A DNA stretch of 64,000 bases from Alphaproteobacteria bacterium (GTDB lineage: Bacteria; Pseudomonadota; Alphaproteobacteria; UBA828). The notes under the pieces are model-generated. The model had not been told where the DNA came from, did not search any database, and worked only from the letters and a program-made list of their open reading frames with translations. A program made the position numbers and the translations under genes. Positions within the stretch are counted from its first letter, which is position 1. Each line of letters starts with the position of its first letter. This document shows, in pieces, positions 21,523 through 31,820 of the stretch. The stretch spans positions 640,001 to 704,000 of the forward strand of contig CBDCRW010000007.1 in assembly GCA_965221125.1 (NCBI GenBank), written 5' to 3'.

Positions 21523-22787
21523 GCACCGCTCCCGCCCGGCGCGTCGATCGCCCCGCCGCCGTGCCTGCGCCCTTCGACGCCGATCGCGTGCGCGCGGACT
21601 TCCCGATCCTCTCGCGCACCGTTCGCGGCAAGCCGCTGGTCTTCCTCGACAGCGGCGCCAGCGCCCAGAAGCCGCGCGCGGTGATCGATGCCATCTCGCA
21701 GTGCTACGAGGCCGAGTACGCCAACATCCACCGCGGCGTCTACGAGCTGAGCGCGAAAGCCACCGAGGCCTACGAGGGCGCACGCGCCCGCGTGCAGCGC
21801 TTCGTCAACGCCCGCTCGGCGGGCGAGATCGTGTTCACCAAGGGCGCGACGGAGGCGATCAACCTGGTCGCGACGAGCTGGGGCGGGACCTTTCTCGGTG
21901 AAGGCGACGAGGTCGTGCTCTCGATGCTGGAGCACCACGCCAACATCGTGCCCTGGCAGCTCCTGCGCGAGCGGACCGGCATCGTCCTCAAGGTGGTGCC
22001 GACCGACGAGCAGGGCGCCTTCCTGCTCGATGCCTACGAGGCGCTGGTCGGCCCGCGCACGAAGCTGGTGGCGCTCACCCACGTCTCCAACGCGCTCGGC
22101 ACCGTGACGCCGGTGGGCGAGGTCGTGCGCATCGCCCGTGCGTACGGCGCCCTGGTGCTGCTCGACGGCGCCCAGGGCATCGTGCACTGCCCGGTCGACG
22201 TGCAGGCGATGGACGTGGACTTCTACTGCTTCTCCGGCCACAAGCTCTACGGGCCAAGCGGCATCGGCGTGCTCTACGGCAGGGAGGCGCTGCTCGCCGC
22301 CATGCCGCCCTGGCAGGGCGGCGGCGACATGATCGAGCGGGTGACCTTCGAGCGGACGACCTACGCCCCGCCGCCCGCGCGCTTCGAGGCCGGCACGCCG
22401 CCCATCGCGGCGGCCGTCGGCCTTCATGCCGCGATCGACTATGTGGCGTCGTTCGATCCGGCCGCGGTGGCCGCCCACGAGCACGACCTGCTGGCATACG
22501 CGACCGAGCGGCTCGGCGCCCTCAACAGCATCCGCCTCTACGGCACCGCGCCCGGCAAGGCCGCCATCATCTCGTTCACCATGGACGGCGTGCATCCGCA
22601 CGATATCGGCACGATCCTCGACATGGCAGGCGTTGCCGTCCGCGTCGGCCATCACTGCGCCCAGCCGCTGATGGACCACTTCGACATCGCGGGCACCGTG
22701 CGGGCCTCCTTCGGCCTCTACAACACGCGCGCCGACGTCGACCGCCTGATCGACGGGCTCGACGAGGTGCGGGAGATCTTCGGCTGA
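21519..22787 (+). CDS. sufS: Cysteine desulfurase SufS
   Basis: FLDSGASAQKP, SGHKLYGP, FEAGTP, RVGHHCAQP. Confidence 0.95.
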   Translation: MSTAPARRVDRPAAVPAPFDADRVRADFPILSRTVRGKPLVFLDSGASAQKPRAVIDAISQCYEAEYANIHRGVYELSAKATEAYEGARARVQRFVNARSAGEIVFTKGATEAINLVATSWGGTFLGEGDEVVLSMLEHHANIVPWQLLRERTGIVLKVVPTDEQGAFLLDAYEALVGPRTKLVALTHVSNALGTVTPVGEVVRIARAYGALVLLDGAQGIVHCPVDVQAMDVDFYCFSGHKLYGPSGIGVLYGREALLAAMPPWQGGGDMIERVTFERTTYAPPPARFEAGTPPIAAAVGLHAAIDYVASFDPAAVAAHEHDLLAYATERLGALNSIRLYGTAPGKAAIISFTMDGVHPHDIGTILDMAGVAVRVGHHCAQPLMDHFDIAGTVRASFGLYNTRADVDRLIDGLDEVREIFG

Positions 22788-23248
22788 TGTCCGAGCTGCG
22801 CGAGCTTTACCAGGAGGTGATCCTCGATCACGGCAAGTCGCCGCGAAACTTCGGCCGGCCGCCGGCGGTGACGGGCGAATCCCACGGCCACAACCCGCTC
22901 TGCGGCGATACGGTGATCGTCTACGTCACGGTCGACGACGGCAAGGTCGCGGACATCGGCTTCGAGGGCAGGGGGTGCGCCATCTCCATGGCGTCGGCCT
23001 CGATGATGACCGAGTTGCTGCGCGGCAAGTCGTTGGGCGAGGTGCAGGCGATGTTCGCCGAGTTCCATGCGCTGGTGGCCTCGGCGGAGCCCGCGTGCGA
23101 GGCCGGCTTCGAGACCCCCGATCTCGACAAGCTGATCGTGCTCGCCGGCGTGCGGGAGTTCCCGATGCGCGTCAAGTGTGCGACGCTTCCCTGGCACACG
23201 ATGAAGGCGGCGCTCGACGGCGAGGGCGAGGAGGTCACGACGGAATGA
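22787..23248 (+). CDS. sufU: SUF system NifU-family protein SufU
   Basis: LYQEVILDH, NPLCGD, GCAISMASAS, RVKCATLPW. Confidence 0.92.
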   Translation: MSELRELYQEVILDHGKSPRNFGRPPAVTGESHGHNPLCGDTVIVYVTVDDGKVADIGFEGRGCAISMASASMMTELLRGKSLGEVQAMFAEFHALVASAEPACEAGFETPDLDKLIVLAGVREFPMRVKCATLPWHTMKAALDGEGEEVTTE

Positions 23249-23796
23249 TGAACCTGTTCCGCAGAAAGCGCCCCGCCGAGCCGGAACCGGCCGCCGAAGC
23301 CGCGCAGGAGGCACCACCCGCCGCGACGGTGCCCGAGCCTTCACCGCCGCCCGCGCCGCAGAGCTACGAGGCGTGGTCGCCGGACGGCCCGCCCGGCGCC
23401 GACGCCGCCGGCGGGCTCGCGCCGCAGCTGGTCGAGGCCGCGCCCGAGGCCGCAGAAACCCTGCCGACTCCGCCTGGCCTCAGCCCCGACCATCCCCTCT
23501 CCGGGCAGATCGCCCGCGCGCTCAGCTCGGTCTACGACCCCGAGATTCCGGTGGACATCTACCAGCTCGGCCTCGTCTACGGCGTGACCTTGAACGAGGC
23601 CAACGACGCCCGCATATCCATGACGTTGACCACGCCCGGCTGCCCGGTCGCCGGCAGCATGCCCGGCATGGTCGAGCACGCCGTCTCCTCCATGGTGGAC
23701 GGCATCGGCGACGTCGACGTCGAGCTGGTGTGGGATCCGCCCTGGAACCCCGACATGATGTCGGAGGCCGCCCAGCTCGAACTCGGCTTCATGTAG
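23245..23796 (+). CDS. sufT: SUF system DUF59 protein (SufT) with Pro/Ala-rich N-terminus
   Basis: VYDPEIPVDIYQLGLVY, MTLTTPGCPVA, WDPPW. Confidence 0.88.
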   Translation: MMNLFRRKRPAEPEPAAEAAQEAPPAATVPEPSPPPAPQSYEAWSPDGPPGADAAGGLAPQLVEAAPEAAETLPTPPGLSPDHPLSGQIARALSSVYDPEIPVDIYQLGLVYGVTLNEANDARISMTLTTPGCPVAGSMPGMVEHAVSSMVDGIGDVDVELVWDPPWNPDMMSEAAQLELGFM

Positions 23797-23822
23797 GCGC
23801 CACGGCCACGCGGACAGGTGCG

Positions 23823-24167
23823 ATGAACGACATACTCACCATCACCGAACGCGCCGCTCAGCGCATCGACCACCTGATGTCGCTCCGGCCCGACGATGCC
23901 GCACCCGCCGTCGGCATCAAGATCGGCGTCAGGAACGCCGGCTGCTCCGGCATGTCGTACACGATGGACTACGCGGAGGAGGTCCCGCCCACCGCCGAGG
24001 TGGTCACGCAGCGCGGGGTCACGGTGGTGGTCGACCCGGCCGCCGTGATGTTCCTGATCGGCACCGAGCTCGACTTCAGCGAGGACAAGCTCAGCGCCAC
24101 CTTCGTCTTCAACAACCCCAACGTCACCAGCATGTGCGGCTGCGGCGAGAGCTTCGCCGTCAATTGA
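23823..24167 (+). CDS. sufA: A-type Fe-S carrier (SufA/IscA)
   Basis: GCSGMSY, FNNPN, CGCGESF. Confidence 0.92.
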   Translation: MNDILTITERAAQRIDHLMSLRPDDAAPAVGIKIGVRNAGCSGMSYTMDYAEEVPPTAEVVTQRGVTVVVDPAAVMFLIGTELDFSEDKLSATFVFNNPNVTSMCGCGESFAVN

Positions 24168-24187
24168 AGCCGTGCGTGTGCGAAAAC

Positions 24188-24216
24188 GCGAAATTGCAAA
24201 ACGAACCCAATTTCGC
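24188..24216. other. AT-rich hairpin between the convergent suf operon and tRNA-Pro
   Basis: GCGAAATTG-caaaacgaacc-CAATTTCGC perfect 9-bp stem. Confidence 0.55.
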
Positions 24217-24280
24217 ATAAGCCCTTGTTGTAGAAAGTAATTTCACCAAATCGCAGGCCCCCGCCTGAGGCCTCCGGCGT

Positions 24281-24357
24281 TGGTCGGGGTGGCCGGATTT
24301 GAACCGGCGACCCTCTGCTCCCAAAGCAGATGCGCTACCTGGCTGCGCCACACCCCG
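24281..24357 (-). tRNA. tRNA-Pro (TGG)
   Basis: CGGGGTG acceptor stem, anticodon loop TTTGGGA, GGTTCAAATCC T-arm, encoded CCA. Confidence 0.97.
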
Positions 24358-24435
24358 TATCGCCGCGACTCGTCCCGTAACTCATAAGAGCGACGCGGCC
24401 GCGCTGCAAGCAAGGCGTCGCGCTACGCTGCCCCG

Positions 24436-25179
24436 CTACTTCTTGGAATCGGCTCCCTCGGCCGGGTCCGCCGGGGTCTCCGGCTCGGTCCTGGCTCCGG
24501 GCCTTGCGTCCGGCGGGCTGACGATGCCGCCGGAGATCACCAGCTTCACGCCTTCTTCGACGGTCATGTCGAGCGGGATGCAGTCCTTGCGCGGCACGAA
24601 CAGCAAAAAACCCGAGGTCGGGTTGGGCGTGGTCGGCAGGAAGACGTTGACCATCTCCTCCTCCGTCACCCGCTGAACCTCGCCCCGCGTCGGGCTGGTG
24701 ATGAAGCCGATGACCCAGATGCCGCGGCGTGGGTACTCGATCAGCACCACCTCGCGGAAGGCGTTGGCCGATTGCGCCAGCACCGAGTCGAAGATCTGCT
24801 TGAGCACGCCGTAGACCGTGCGCACCACGGGCACGCGCGAGACCAGGCGCTCGCCGAAGCGCACCAGGAAGCGCCCGGCGACGTTGGTAAACAGCGCGCC
24901 GACCAGCGTGACCAGGATGAGCACGATCACGATGCCGACGCCGGGCACGTTGGTCCCGAGGATGTCGGACGGGTTGTAGGCGTCCGGGATCAGGGGCACG
25001 ACCGCGCGGTCGAACAGATCGACCACCAGCCAGAGCAGCCATATGGTGATGCCGATCGGCGCGGTGACGACGATGCCGGCGAGCAGGTAGGTCCGCAAGC
25101 GCGCGATGAACCCGCGCCGGCGCGGCGGCTGGATCAGCCGCGGCGGCCCGTCGTGCGTGTGCTCGTCCTCGGTGCGCAT
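24436..25179 (-). CDS. DUF502 membrane protein
   Basis: YLLAGIVVTAPIGIT, IEYPRRG, VFLPTTPNPTSGF, VISGG. Confidence 0.9.
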   Translation of the reverse strand: MRTEDEHTHDGPPRLIQPPRRRGFIARLRTYLLAGIVVTAPIGITIWLLWLVVDLFDRAVVPLIPDAYNPSDILGTNVPGVGIVIVLILVTLVGALFTNVAGRFLVRFGERLVSRVPVVRTVYGVLKQIFDSVLAQSANAFREVVLIEYPRRGIWVIGFITSPTRGEVQRVTEEEMVNVFLPTTPNPTSGFLLFVPRKDCIPLDMTVEEGVKLVISGGIVSPPDARPGARTEPETPADPAEGADSKK

Positions 25180-25371
25180 GTGCGTGCCTGCCGCTATTGG
25201 CCGCCGGCGGATCGCGCATTGTACGGCAACGGCAGGGGTGGTGCCTCCTCCGCCGCGCCTTGGCGGGATGCGGGGCTCCGCCTATCATTCCGCGCAAGCG
25301 CGCTCCCGCGCCGTGGCAACCGCATTGCGCGACGCCGGCCGGCATGGAGCGCGGCACGGAGGGAGGAGCCG

Positions 25372-26319
25372 ATGTCGAGGCAGTTCACCGTCGCTGCGGC
25401 GCAGATGGGGCCCATCGCCCGCGCCGATACGCGCTCGCAGGTGGTCGACCGCCTGATCGCCATGCTGCACACGGCGCACCGGGCGGGTGCCACGCTCGTG
25501 GTGTTTCCGGAGCTGGCGCTCACCACCTTCTTTCCGCGCTGGGTCATCGACGATCCCGAGGAACTCGACGGCTACTTCGAGACCGAGATGCCGAACAACG
25601 AGACCCAGCCGCTCTTCACCGCGGCGCAGGAGCTCGGGGTCGGATTCCACCTCGGCTACGCTGAGATGGTGATCGAGGACGACGGTTCAAAGCGCTATTT
25701 CAACACGGCTATCCTCGTCGATCGCGACGGGCGCATCGCCGGCAAGTACCGCAAGGTCCACATCCCCGGCCATTCCGAGCCGGTGCCCGGCCAGGTCCAC
25801 CAGCACCTGGAGAAGCGCTACTTCGAGCCCGGCGACCTGGGCTTCCCCGTGTTCCGCTCCATGGACGGCGTGATGGGCATGTGCATCTGCAACGACCGGC
25901 GCTGGCCCGAGACCTACCGGGTGATGGGGCTGCAGGGCGTGGAGCTCGTCATGCTCGGCTACAACACGCCGAGCACCAACCCCTTCGCCAAGGGCGAGGA
26001 GGCGCCTCACCTCGGCATGTTCCACAACCACCTCTCCATGCAGGCCGGCGCCTATCAGAACGGCACCTGGGTGGTGGCATCGGCCAAGGCCGGCATGGAG
26101 GAGGGCATCCACCACATGGGCGGGAGCTGCATCATCGCACCCACAGGCGAGATCGTGGCCCAGGCGCAAGGCGAGGGCGACGAGGTGGTGTGCGCGCCGA
26201 TCGACCTGGAGCGCGGGGTCTACATCCGCGAGACCATCTTCGACTTCGCCGCGCACCGGCGGATCGAGCACTACGGCCTCATCTCCAGCCGCACCGGCGC
26301 GGAGCCGCCGCCCGCCTGA
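25372..26319 (+). CDS. N-carbamoyl-D-amino-acid hydrolase (nitrilase superfamily)
   Basis: FPELALTTFFPRW, KYRKVHIPGH, HLEKRYF, ICNDRRWPE (Glu-Lys-Cys triad). Confidence 0.88.
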   Translation: MSRQFTVAAAQMGPIARADTRSQVVDRLIAMLHTAHRAGATLVVFPELALTTFFPRWVIDDPEELDGYFETEMPNNETQPLFTAAQELGVGFHLGYAEMVIEDDGSKRYFNTAILVDRDGRIAGKYRKVHIPGHSEPVPGQVHQHLEKRYFEPGDLGFPVFRSMDGVMGMCICNDRRWPETYRVMGLQGVELVMLGYNTPSTNPFAKGEEAPHLGMFHNHLSMQAGAYQNGTWVVASAKAGMEEGIHHMGGSCIIAPTGEIVAQAQGEGDEVVCAPIDLERGVYIRETIFDFAAHRRIEHYGLISSRTGAEPPPA

Positions 26320-26454
26320 GCCTGAGCGCTGCCGCCGGAGCGCGCCCAAATTTAGCCGAGAAGCGACAGGCCGCGACAGCGGCCCGCCGCGTATGCGGCG
26401 CACATCGCGCGCCCCTGCGCGCGTGGCCGCGCGACGCGGAGGCGTTGGCCGGTC

Positions 26455-26506
26455 GCGCCGGCAGGCGCGCGCAAGCGAAGACCGGCCAACTGCCGTGAGC
26501 GAAAAA
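26455..26506. repeat. 52-bp dispersed repeat, copy B
   Basis: Matches 12293-12344; ends 3 bp from the oxidoreductase stop codon. Confidence 0.8.
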
Positions 26507-26509
26507 CGC

Positions 26510-27481
26510 TTAAACCGTCAGAACGATCTTGCCGAAGTGGGCGTTGGCGCGCATGTGCGCCTGCGCCTCCGCCGCCTGCTCCAGCGGGAAGGTGCGGTCG
26601 ATGGGCAGGCTCAGCGTGCCGTCCTCCACCGCGTCCCAGATGTCGGCGCGCATGGCGGCGTTGATGGCGCGCACCTCGTCCACCGTACGGGTGCGGAAGG
26701 TCACGCCGATGTAGTCGATGCGCTTCAGCGCGTGCAGGTCGAAGTCGAATTCCCCGGTGAATCCGCCGAGCCGGCCCACGTTCACGATGCGCCCCAGCAC
26801 GGCGGCCGCCTGCATCGTCTGATTGGCGAGCCCGCCCGAGACCTGGTCGATGGTGAGGTCGACTCCCCTGCCGCCGGTGGCGTCCCGCGCCTGCTCCACC
26901 CAGGCGGGATCGGCGGGGTCGAGGACCAGGTCGGCACCGAACGCCGCGAGCCGGGCGCGCCGGCCGGCATCGCGGGAGGTGGCGATCACCGTCCCGGCCC
27001 CCTTCAGGCGGGCGATCTGGATCGCCATGATGCCGACGCCCGAGCTTGCGCCCTGGATCAGCACGGACTCGCCTGCGGCAAGCCTGCCGTTGGTGACGAG
27101 CGCGTCGTGCATGGTCTGGAGCGCGATGGGCAGCGTCGCCGCCGCAACAGGATCGGATGAGGCCCTGGGCACGGGGCAGACGCGGCCCCAGTCGGTCACC
27201 GCGTACTCGGCATAGCCGCCGGCGCCCGAGCACATCACCCGATCGCCCGGCTTGAACTCGGGCACGTCGGCGCCGACGGCCGCGACCTCGCCGGCCCATT
27301 CGAGCCCCGCAATCGCGCCCGCGCCGCCGAGCGCCCCGTGCGGCCGCCCCGCCGCCATGATCAGGTCCGCCCGGTTCAGCCCGCTGGCGGCGACCCTGAC
27401 CAGGACCTCGCCGGGCTTGGGATCGGGCGCCGGCACCTCGCGGATCGCCAGCCCCTCGCCGGTAAGCACCACTGCCTTCAT
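26510..27481 (-). CDS. MDR-family NADPH:quinone oxidoreductase
   Basis: GLNRAD, GLEWAGEV, GASSGVG, HFGKIVL. Confidence 0.88.
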   Translation of the reverse strand: MKAVVLTGEGLAIREVPAPDPKPGEVLVRVAASGLNRADLIMAAGRPHGALGGAGAIAGLEWAGEVAAVGADVPEFKPGDRVMCSGAGGYAEYAVTDWGRVCPVPRASSDPVAAATLPIALQTMHDALVTNGRLAAGESVLIQGASSGVGIMAIQIARLKGAGTVIATSRDAGRRARLAAFGADLVLDPADPAWVEQARDATGGRGVDLTIDQVSGGLANQTMQAAAVLGRIVNVGRLGGFTGEFDFDLHALKRIDYIGVTFRTRTVDEVRAINAAMRADIWDAVEDGTLSLPIDRTFPLEQAAEAQAHMRANAHFGKIVLTV

Positions 27482-27570
27482 TCCCCGCCTCCTACGACCT
27501 GAAACTGCCACCCCTTATACCCGGCCCTTCCATGCCTGCGCCGGCATAATGTTATAGCTGGCCGAAACCG

Positions 27571-27599
27571 TTGACGCCCTGCGCAGTCGCGACCACACT
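27571..27599 (+). promoter_or_regulatory. Putative sigma70 promoter of hup
   Basis: TTGACG-N17-CACACT. Confidence 0.5.
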
Positions 27600-27665
27600 T
27601 TCCCGGTCGAGTCGGTATTCACGAATGTCCGTCTCCATCCACCGAGAGTGAAATGGGAGCGAGCA

Positions 27666-27941
27666 ATGAACAAGGCTGAGCTGATCAAGGCCGTCGCGAG
27701 CGGCGCGGACATCTCCAACGCTGACGCTGCGGCTGCGGTGGACAGCGTGTTCGGCGCCATAACCGATACGCTGCGGAGCGGCTCCGAGGTCAGGCTGGCA
27801 GGGTTCGGGTCGTTCAGCGTCGTCCACCGCAAGGCCACGAGCGGCCGCAATCCGCGCACCGGCGAAGCGATCTCGATTCCCGCCTCCAGGCAACCCAAGT
27901 TCAAGGCCGGCAAGACGCTCAAGGACGCCGTCAACGGCTGA
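27666..27941 (+). CDS. hupB: DNA-binding protein HU
   Basis: MNKAELI, GFGSF, GRNPRTGE, PKFKAGKTLKDAVN. Confidence 0.95.
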   Translation: MNKAELIKAVASGADISNADAAAAVDSVFGAITDTLRSGSEVRLAGFGSFSVVHRKATSGRNPRTGEAISIPASRQPKFKAGKTLKDAVNG

Positions 27942-27966
27942 GCCCAGCCCCGCCGGCGGCCGGTGC

Positions 27967-28042
27967 GGGCGGTTAGCTCAGCTGGGAGAGCGCTTGGTTT
28001 ACACCCAAGAGGTCGGCGGTTCGATCCCGTCACCGCCCACCA
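27967..28042 (+). tRNA. tRNA-Val (TAC)
   Basis: GGGCGGT acceptor, CTTGG-TTTACAC-CCAAG anticodon arm, GGTTCGATCC, CCA. Confidence 0.97.
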
Positions 28043-28143
28043 GGCGCTGGCCGCGCCGGTAGCGCGAGGGGCCGGGGCACACTCCCGGCGGGAGCGGCGC
28101 ACGGGCACCTGACCTTCGCCAGCCGGCGCCGTGCCCAAGCGGC

Positions 28144-28172
28144 TTGACCCCGCCCAACCCCTGCTCTACATG
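28144..28172 (+). promoter_or_regulatory. Putative promoter of tRNA-Asp
   Basis: TTGACC-N17-TACATG about 40 bp upstream of the tRNA. Confidence 0.4.
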
Positions 28173-28212
28173 GTGACGGCCGGCGCGGCGACGGCTTGCC
28201 GCCGGATCCGTC

Positions 28213-28291
28213 GGGGGTGTAGCTCAGCTTGGTTTAGAGCGCCGGCCTGTCACGCCGGAGGTCGCGGGTTCGAGTCCCGTCACTCCCGCCA
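28213..28291 (+). tRNA. tRNA-Asp (GTC)
   Basis: CCGGC-CTGTCAC-GCCGG anticodon arm, GGTTCGAGTCC, GCCA end. Confidence 0.97.
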
Positions 28292-28464
28292 TATCCTCGG
28301 GGCACCGTTGCCGGAGCGCCGGGTCGGGAAGGGCTGCAACGGGGTGCCGTTTTGATGCAGGCTTCGGGATTCGGGGGCGGTCAGGAGCGGCCGCGGCGCG
28401 AATGCCGTAACGGCTCCCGGTGCGACGCGTTGGCCGCGCCGCGCGGGATGGTGGGCCGCGACGA

Positions 28465-28839
28465 ATGACCGCGTCGACCGACCTCCTCCTTGAATATCTG
28501 CCCATCGTCATCTTCCTCGGCATCGCCGGCGTGATGGCCATCGCCGCCATCGCGGGCTCCTACGTGCTGGCGCCGCAACGGCCCGACAGGGACAAAATCG
28601 CGGCCTACGAGTGCGGCTTCGATGCCTTCGAGGATGCCCGCGGCCGCTTCGACGTGCGCTTCTATCTGGTGGCGATCCTGTTCATCATATTCGATCTCGA
28701 GGTCGCCTTCCTCTTTCCGTGGGCCGTCTCGTTCAGCGAAATCGGGCTCTACGGCTTCTGGTCCATGGTCGTCTTCCTCGGCCTGCTCACCATCGGTTTC
28801 GTCTACGAGTGGAAGAAGGGCGCGCTGGAATGGGAGTAG
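28465..28839 (+). CDS. nuoA: NADH-quinone oxidoreductase subunit A
   Basis: [30 protein letters not shown]. Confidence 0.96.
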   Translation: MTASTDLLLEYLPIVIFLGIAGVMAIAAIAGSYVLAPQRPDRDKIAAYECGFDAFEDARGRFDVRFYLVAILFIIFDLEVAFLFPWAVSFSEIGLYGFWSMVVFLGLLTIGFVYEWKKGALEWE

Positions 28840-29384
28840 GCAACTCGACCGTCGGCCTGCCGGACAAGCCGCTCGCCGCAGGCCCGGCCCAGGATCAGGC
28901 GCTCGCGCTGGTCAGCGACGAGCTCAACGACAAGGGCTTCGTCGTCGCCAACCTCGACAACGTCATCAACTGGGCGCGCACCGGCTCGCTCTGGCCGATG
29001 ACCTTCGGGCTCGCCTGCTGCGCGGTCGAGTTCATGCAGACCATCGCGTCCCGCTACGACATCGACCGGATCGGCATGGTGCCGCGCGCGAGCCCGCGCC
29101 AGTCGGACGTGATGATCGTGGCCGGCACGCTGTGCAACAAGATGGCGCCCGCGTTCCGCCGCGTCTACGACCAGATGCCGGAGCCCCGCTACGTCATCTC
29201 GATGGGCAGCTGCGCCAACGGCGGCGGCTACTATCACTACTCGTACTCGGTGGTGCGCGGCTGCGACCGTGTCGTCCCGGTCGACATCTACGTTCCGGGC
29301 TGTCCGCCGACGGCCGAAGCGCTGCTTTACGGCATCATGCAGCTGCAGCGGAAGATCAGGCGAACGGGGACCATCGCGCGCTAG
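28830..29384 (+). CDS. nuoB: NADH-quinone oxidoreductase subunit B
   Basis: [26 protein letters not shown]. Confidence 0.96.
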   Translation: MGVGNSTVGLPDKPLAAGPAQDQALALVSDELNDKGFVVANLDNVINWARTGSLWPMTFGLACCAVEFMQTIASRYDIDRIGMVPRASPRQSDVMIVAGTLCNKMAPAFRRVYDQMPEPRYVISMGSCANGGGYYHYSYSVVRGCDRVVPVDIYVPGCPPTAEALLYGIMQLQRKIRRTGTIAR

Positions 29385-29408
29385 CGCGCGGCTTGAGTGG
29401 GCGAGGGG

Positions 29409-30038
29409 ATGGACACGGCCGACCTACGCGACCTCGGCGAGTACGTCGCGACCACTCTCAGCGACTACGTGCACGCGACGGATGTCGCGTTCGGCGAGCT
29501 CGTGGTCGAGGCGCGCGCCGACCAGGTGGTGCGCGTCCTCAAGTTCCTGAAGGACGATCCGGCCTGCCGCTTCGAGCAGCTCACCGACCTCTGCGGCGTG
29601 GACTACCCCGAGCGCGACCCGCGCTTCGATGTCGTCTATCACCTGCTCAGCATGAGCCACAATCGGCGGATGCGCCTCAAGGTCGGCGTCAACGAGGACC
29701 AGCCGGTGCCGTCGGTGACGGAGGTGTATCCGTCCGCCGGGTGGTGGGAGCGCGAGACCTGGGATCTCTACGGCATCCACTTCGCCGGCAATCCCGACCT
29801 GCGCCGGCTGCTGACGGACTATGGGTTCAACGGCCATCCGCTCCGCAAGGATTTTCCGCTCACCGGCTATGTCGAGCTTCGCTACGACTCAGAGCAGAAG
29901 CGCGTGGTGTACGAGCCGGTGAAGCTCACGCAGGAGTTCCGCCGCTTCGACTTCCTCAGCCCCTGGGAGGGCACGTCCTACCCCTTGCCGGGCGACGAGA
30001 AGGCCGATGACGCCGGCGACGACGGGCGCCCCTCATGA
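29409..30038 (+). CDS. nuoC: NADH-quinone oxidoreductase subunit C
   Basis: [29 protein letters not shown]; alternative start GTG 29397. Confidence 0.95.
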   Translation: MDTADLRDLGEYVATTLSDYVHATDVAFGELVVEARADQVVRVLKFLKDDPACRFEQLTDLCGVDYPERDPRFDVVYHLLSMSHNRRMRLKVGVNEDQPVPSVTEVYPSAGWWERETWDLYGIHFAGNPDLRRLLTDYGFNGHPLRKDFPLTGYVELRYDSEQKRVVYEPVKLTQEFRRFDFLSPWEGTSYPLPGDEKADDAGDDGRPS

Positions 30039-31213
30039 GCGAGCGCCAGATCCGCAACATGACCGTGAACTTCGGGCCGCAGCATCCGGCGGCGCACGGC
30101 GTGCTGCGGCTCGTGCTGGAGATGGACGGCGAGGTGGTCGAGCGTGCCGATCCCCACATCGGCCTGCTCCATCGCGGCACCGAGAAGCTGATCGAGTACA
30201 AGACCTACCTGCAGGCCGTGCCCTATTTCGACCGGCTCGACTACGTCGCGCCGATGAACCAGGAGCACGCCTACGCGCTCGCCGTGGAAGCCCTGCTCGG
30301 CCTCGAAATCCCGGAGCGCGCGCAGTACATCCGCGTGCTCTACAGCGAGATTTCGCGCATCGCCAACCATCTGATGAACATCTGCACCATGGCGCTCGAC
30401 GTCGGCGCAATGACCCCCTTCTTCTGGGGCTTCGAGGAACGCGAGCGCACCATGGAGTTCTACGAGCGCGCCTCGGGCTCCCGCCTCCATGCCGCCTACT
30501 TCCGCCCCGGCGGCGTCGCCTACGATCTCGCCCCGGACCTGCTCGCCGACATCGGCGCGTGGAACGAGGCCTTCCCCAAGGTCATCGACGACATCGAGAA
30601 CGTGCTGACCGAGAACCGCATCTTCAAGCAGCGCACGGTCGACATCGGCATCCTGAGCGCGCAGGAAGCCTTCGACTGGGGGCTCACCGGGCCGGTGCTG
30701 CGCGCCTCCGGCGTTTCCTGGGACCTGCGCCGCAACCAGCCCTACGAGGTCTACAGCGCGCTCGATTTCGGCGTGCCCGTCGGCAGCAACGGCGATTGTT
30801 ACGAGCGCTATCTCGTCCGCATGGAGGAGATGAGGCAGTGCGTCAGAATTATCGCCCAATGCCTTGAAAAAATGCCGCAAGGTCCGGTCAAGGTTGAGGA
30901 CAACAAGATCACGCCGCCGTCCAGGGCCGTGATGAAGGAGTCGATGGAGGCGCTGATCCATCACTTCAAGCTCTACACCGAGGGCTACCACGTGCCGGCG
31001 GGCGAGGCCTACCGCGCGGTGGAGGCGCCCAAGGGCGAGTTCGGCGTCTATCTCGTCGCCGACGGCACCAACAGGCCCTACCGCTGCAAGATCAGGGCGC
31101 CGGGCTTCGCGCACCTCCAGGTCCTCGACCACATGAGCAAGGGGCACATGCTGGCGGACACGGTGGCCAACTTGGCCAGCATGGACATCGTGTTCGGGGA
31201 GATCGATCGGTGA
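30035..31213 (+). CDS. nuoD: NADH-quinone oxidoreductase subunit D
   Basis: [30 protein letters not shown]. Confidence 0.97.
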   Translation: MSERQIRNMTVNFGPQHPAAHGVLRLVLEMDGEVVERADPHIGLLHRGTEKLIEYKTYLQAVPYFDRLDYVAPMNQEHAYALAVEALLGLEIPERAQYIRVLYSEISRIANHLMNICTMALDVGAMTPFFWGFEERERTMEFYERASGSRLHAAYFRPGGVAYDLAPDLLADIGAWNEAFPKVIDDIENVLTENRIFKQRTVDIGILSAQEAFDWGLTGPVLRASGVSWDLRRNQPYEVYSALDFGVPVGSNGDCYERYLVRMEEMRQCVRIIAQCLEKMPQGPVKVEDNKITPPSRAVMKESMEALIHHFKLYTEGYHVPAGEAYRAVEAPKGEFGVYLVADGTNRPYRCKIRAPGFAHLQVLDHMSKGHMLADTVANLASMDIVFGEIDR

Positions 31214-31818
31214 CGGGCACGGCCGGAAACGGCGCCGCCGGCAACGGCGCCGAGACCTTCGCCTTCACGCCCGAGAACCGGGCGAAGGCGGACGCGGTGA
31301 TCGCCAAGTACCCCGCCGGCTGCCAGGCCAGCGCGGTGCTGCCGCTGCTCGACCTCGCACAGCGCCAGAACGGCGGCTGGATCCCGCGCGCGGCGATGGA
31401 GCACGTGGCCGCGCTGCTCGACATGGCGTCGATCCGGGTCTACGAGGTCGCGACCTTCTACACCATGCTGAACCTGGAGCCGGTCGGCCGGCATCACGTC
31501 CAGCTCTGCCGCACGACGCCCTGCTGGCTGCGGGGCTCGGACGCGCTCCGCGACGCCTGCCGCGACGAGCTCGGCATCGGCCTGGGCGAGACCACAGAAG
31601 ACGGACTCTTCACCGTGACCGAGGTCGAGTGCCTCGGCGCCTGCGTCAATGCGCCGATGGTGCAGATCGACGACCACTTCTACGAGGACCTCGAGCCTCA
31701 GCGCATGAAGGAGATCCTGCGTGCCCTCGGGGCGGGCGAGGCGCCCGCGCCGGGGCCGCAGACCGGCCGCCAGACCTCGGCGCCCGCCTCGGGCCCGACC
31801 ACACTGACCGAGCTTTGA
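31210..31818 (+). CDS. nuoE: NADH-quinone oxidoreductase subunit E
   Basis: [28 protein letters not shown]. Confidence 0.96.
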   Translation: MTGTAGNGAAGNGAETFAFTPENRAKADAVIAKYPAGCQASAVLPLLDLAQRQNGGWIPRAAMEHVAALLDMASIRVYEVATFYTMLNLEPVGRHHVQLCRTTPCWLRGSDALRDACRDELGIGLGETTEDGLFTVTEVECLGACVNAPMVQIDDHFYEDLEPQRMKEILRALGAGEAPAPGPQTGRQTSAPASGPTTLTEL

Positions 31819-31820
31819 GC

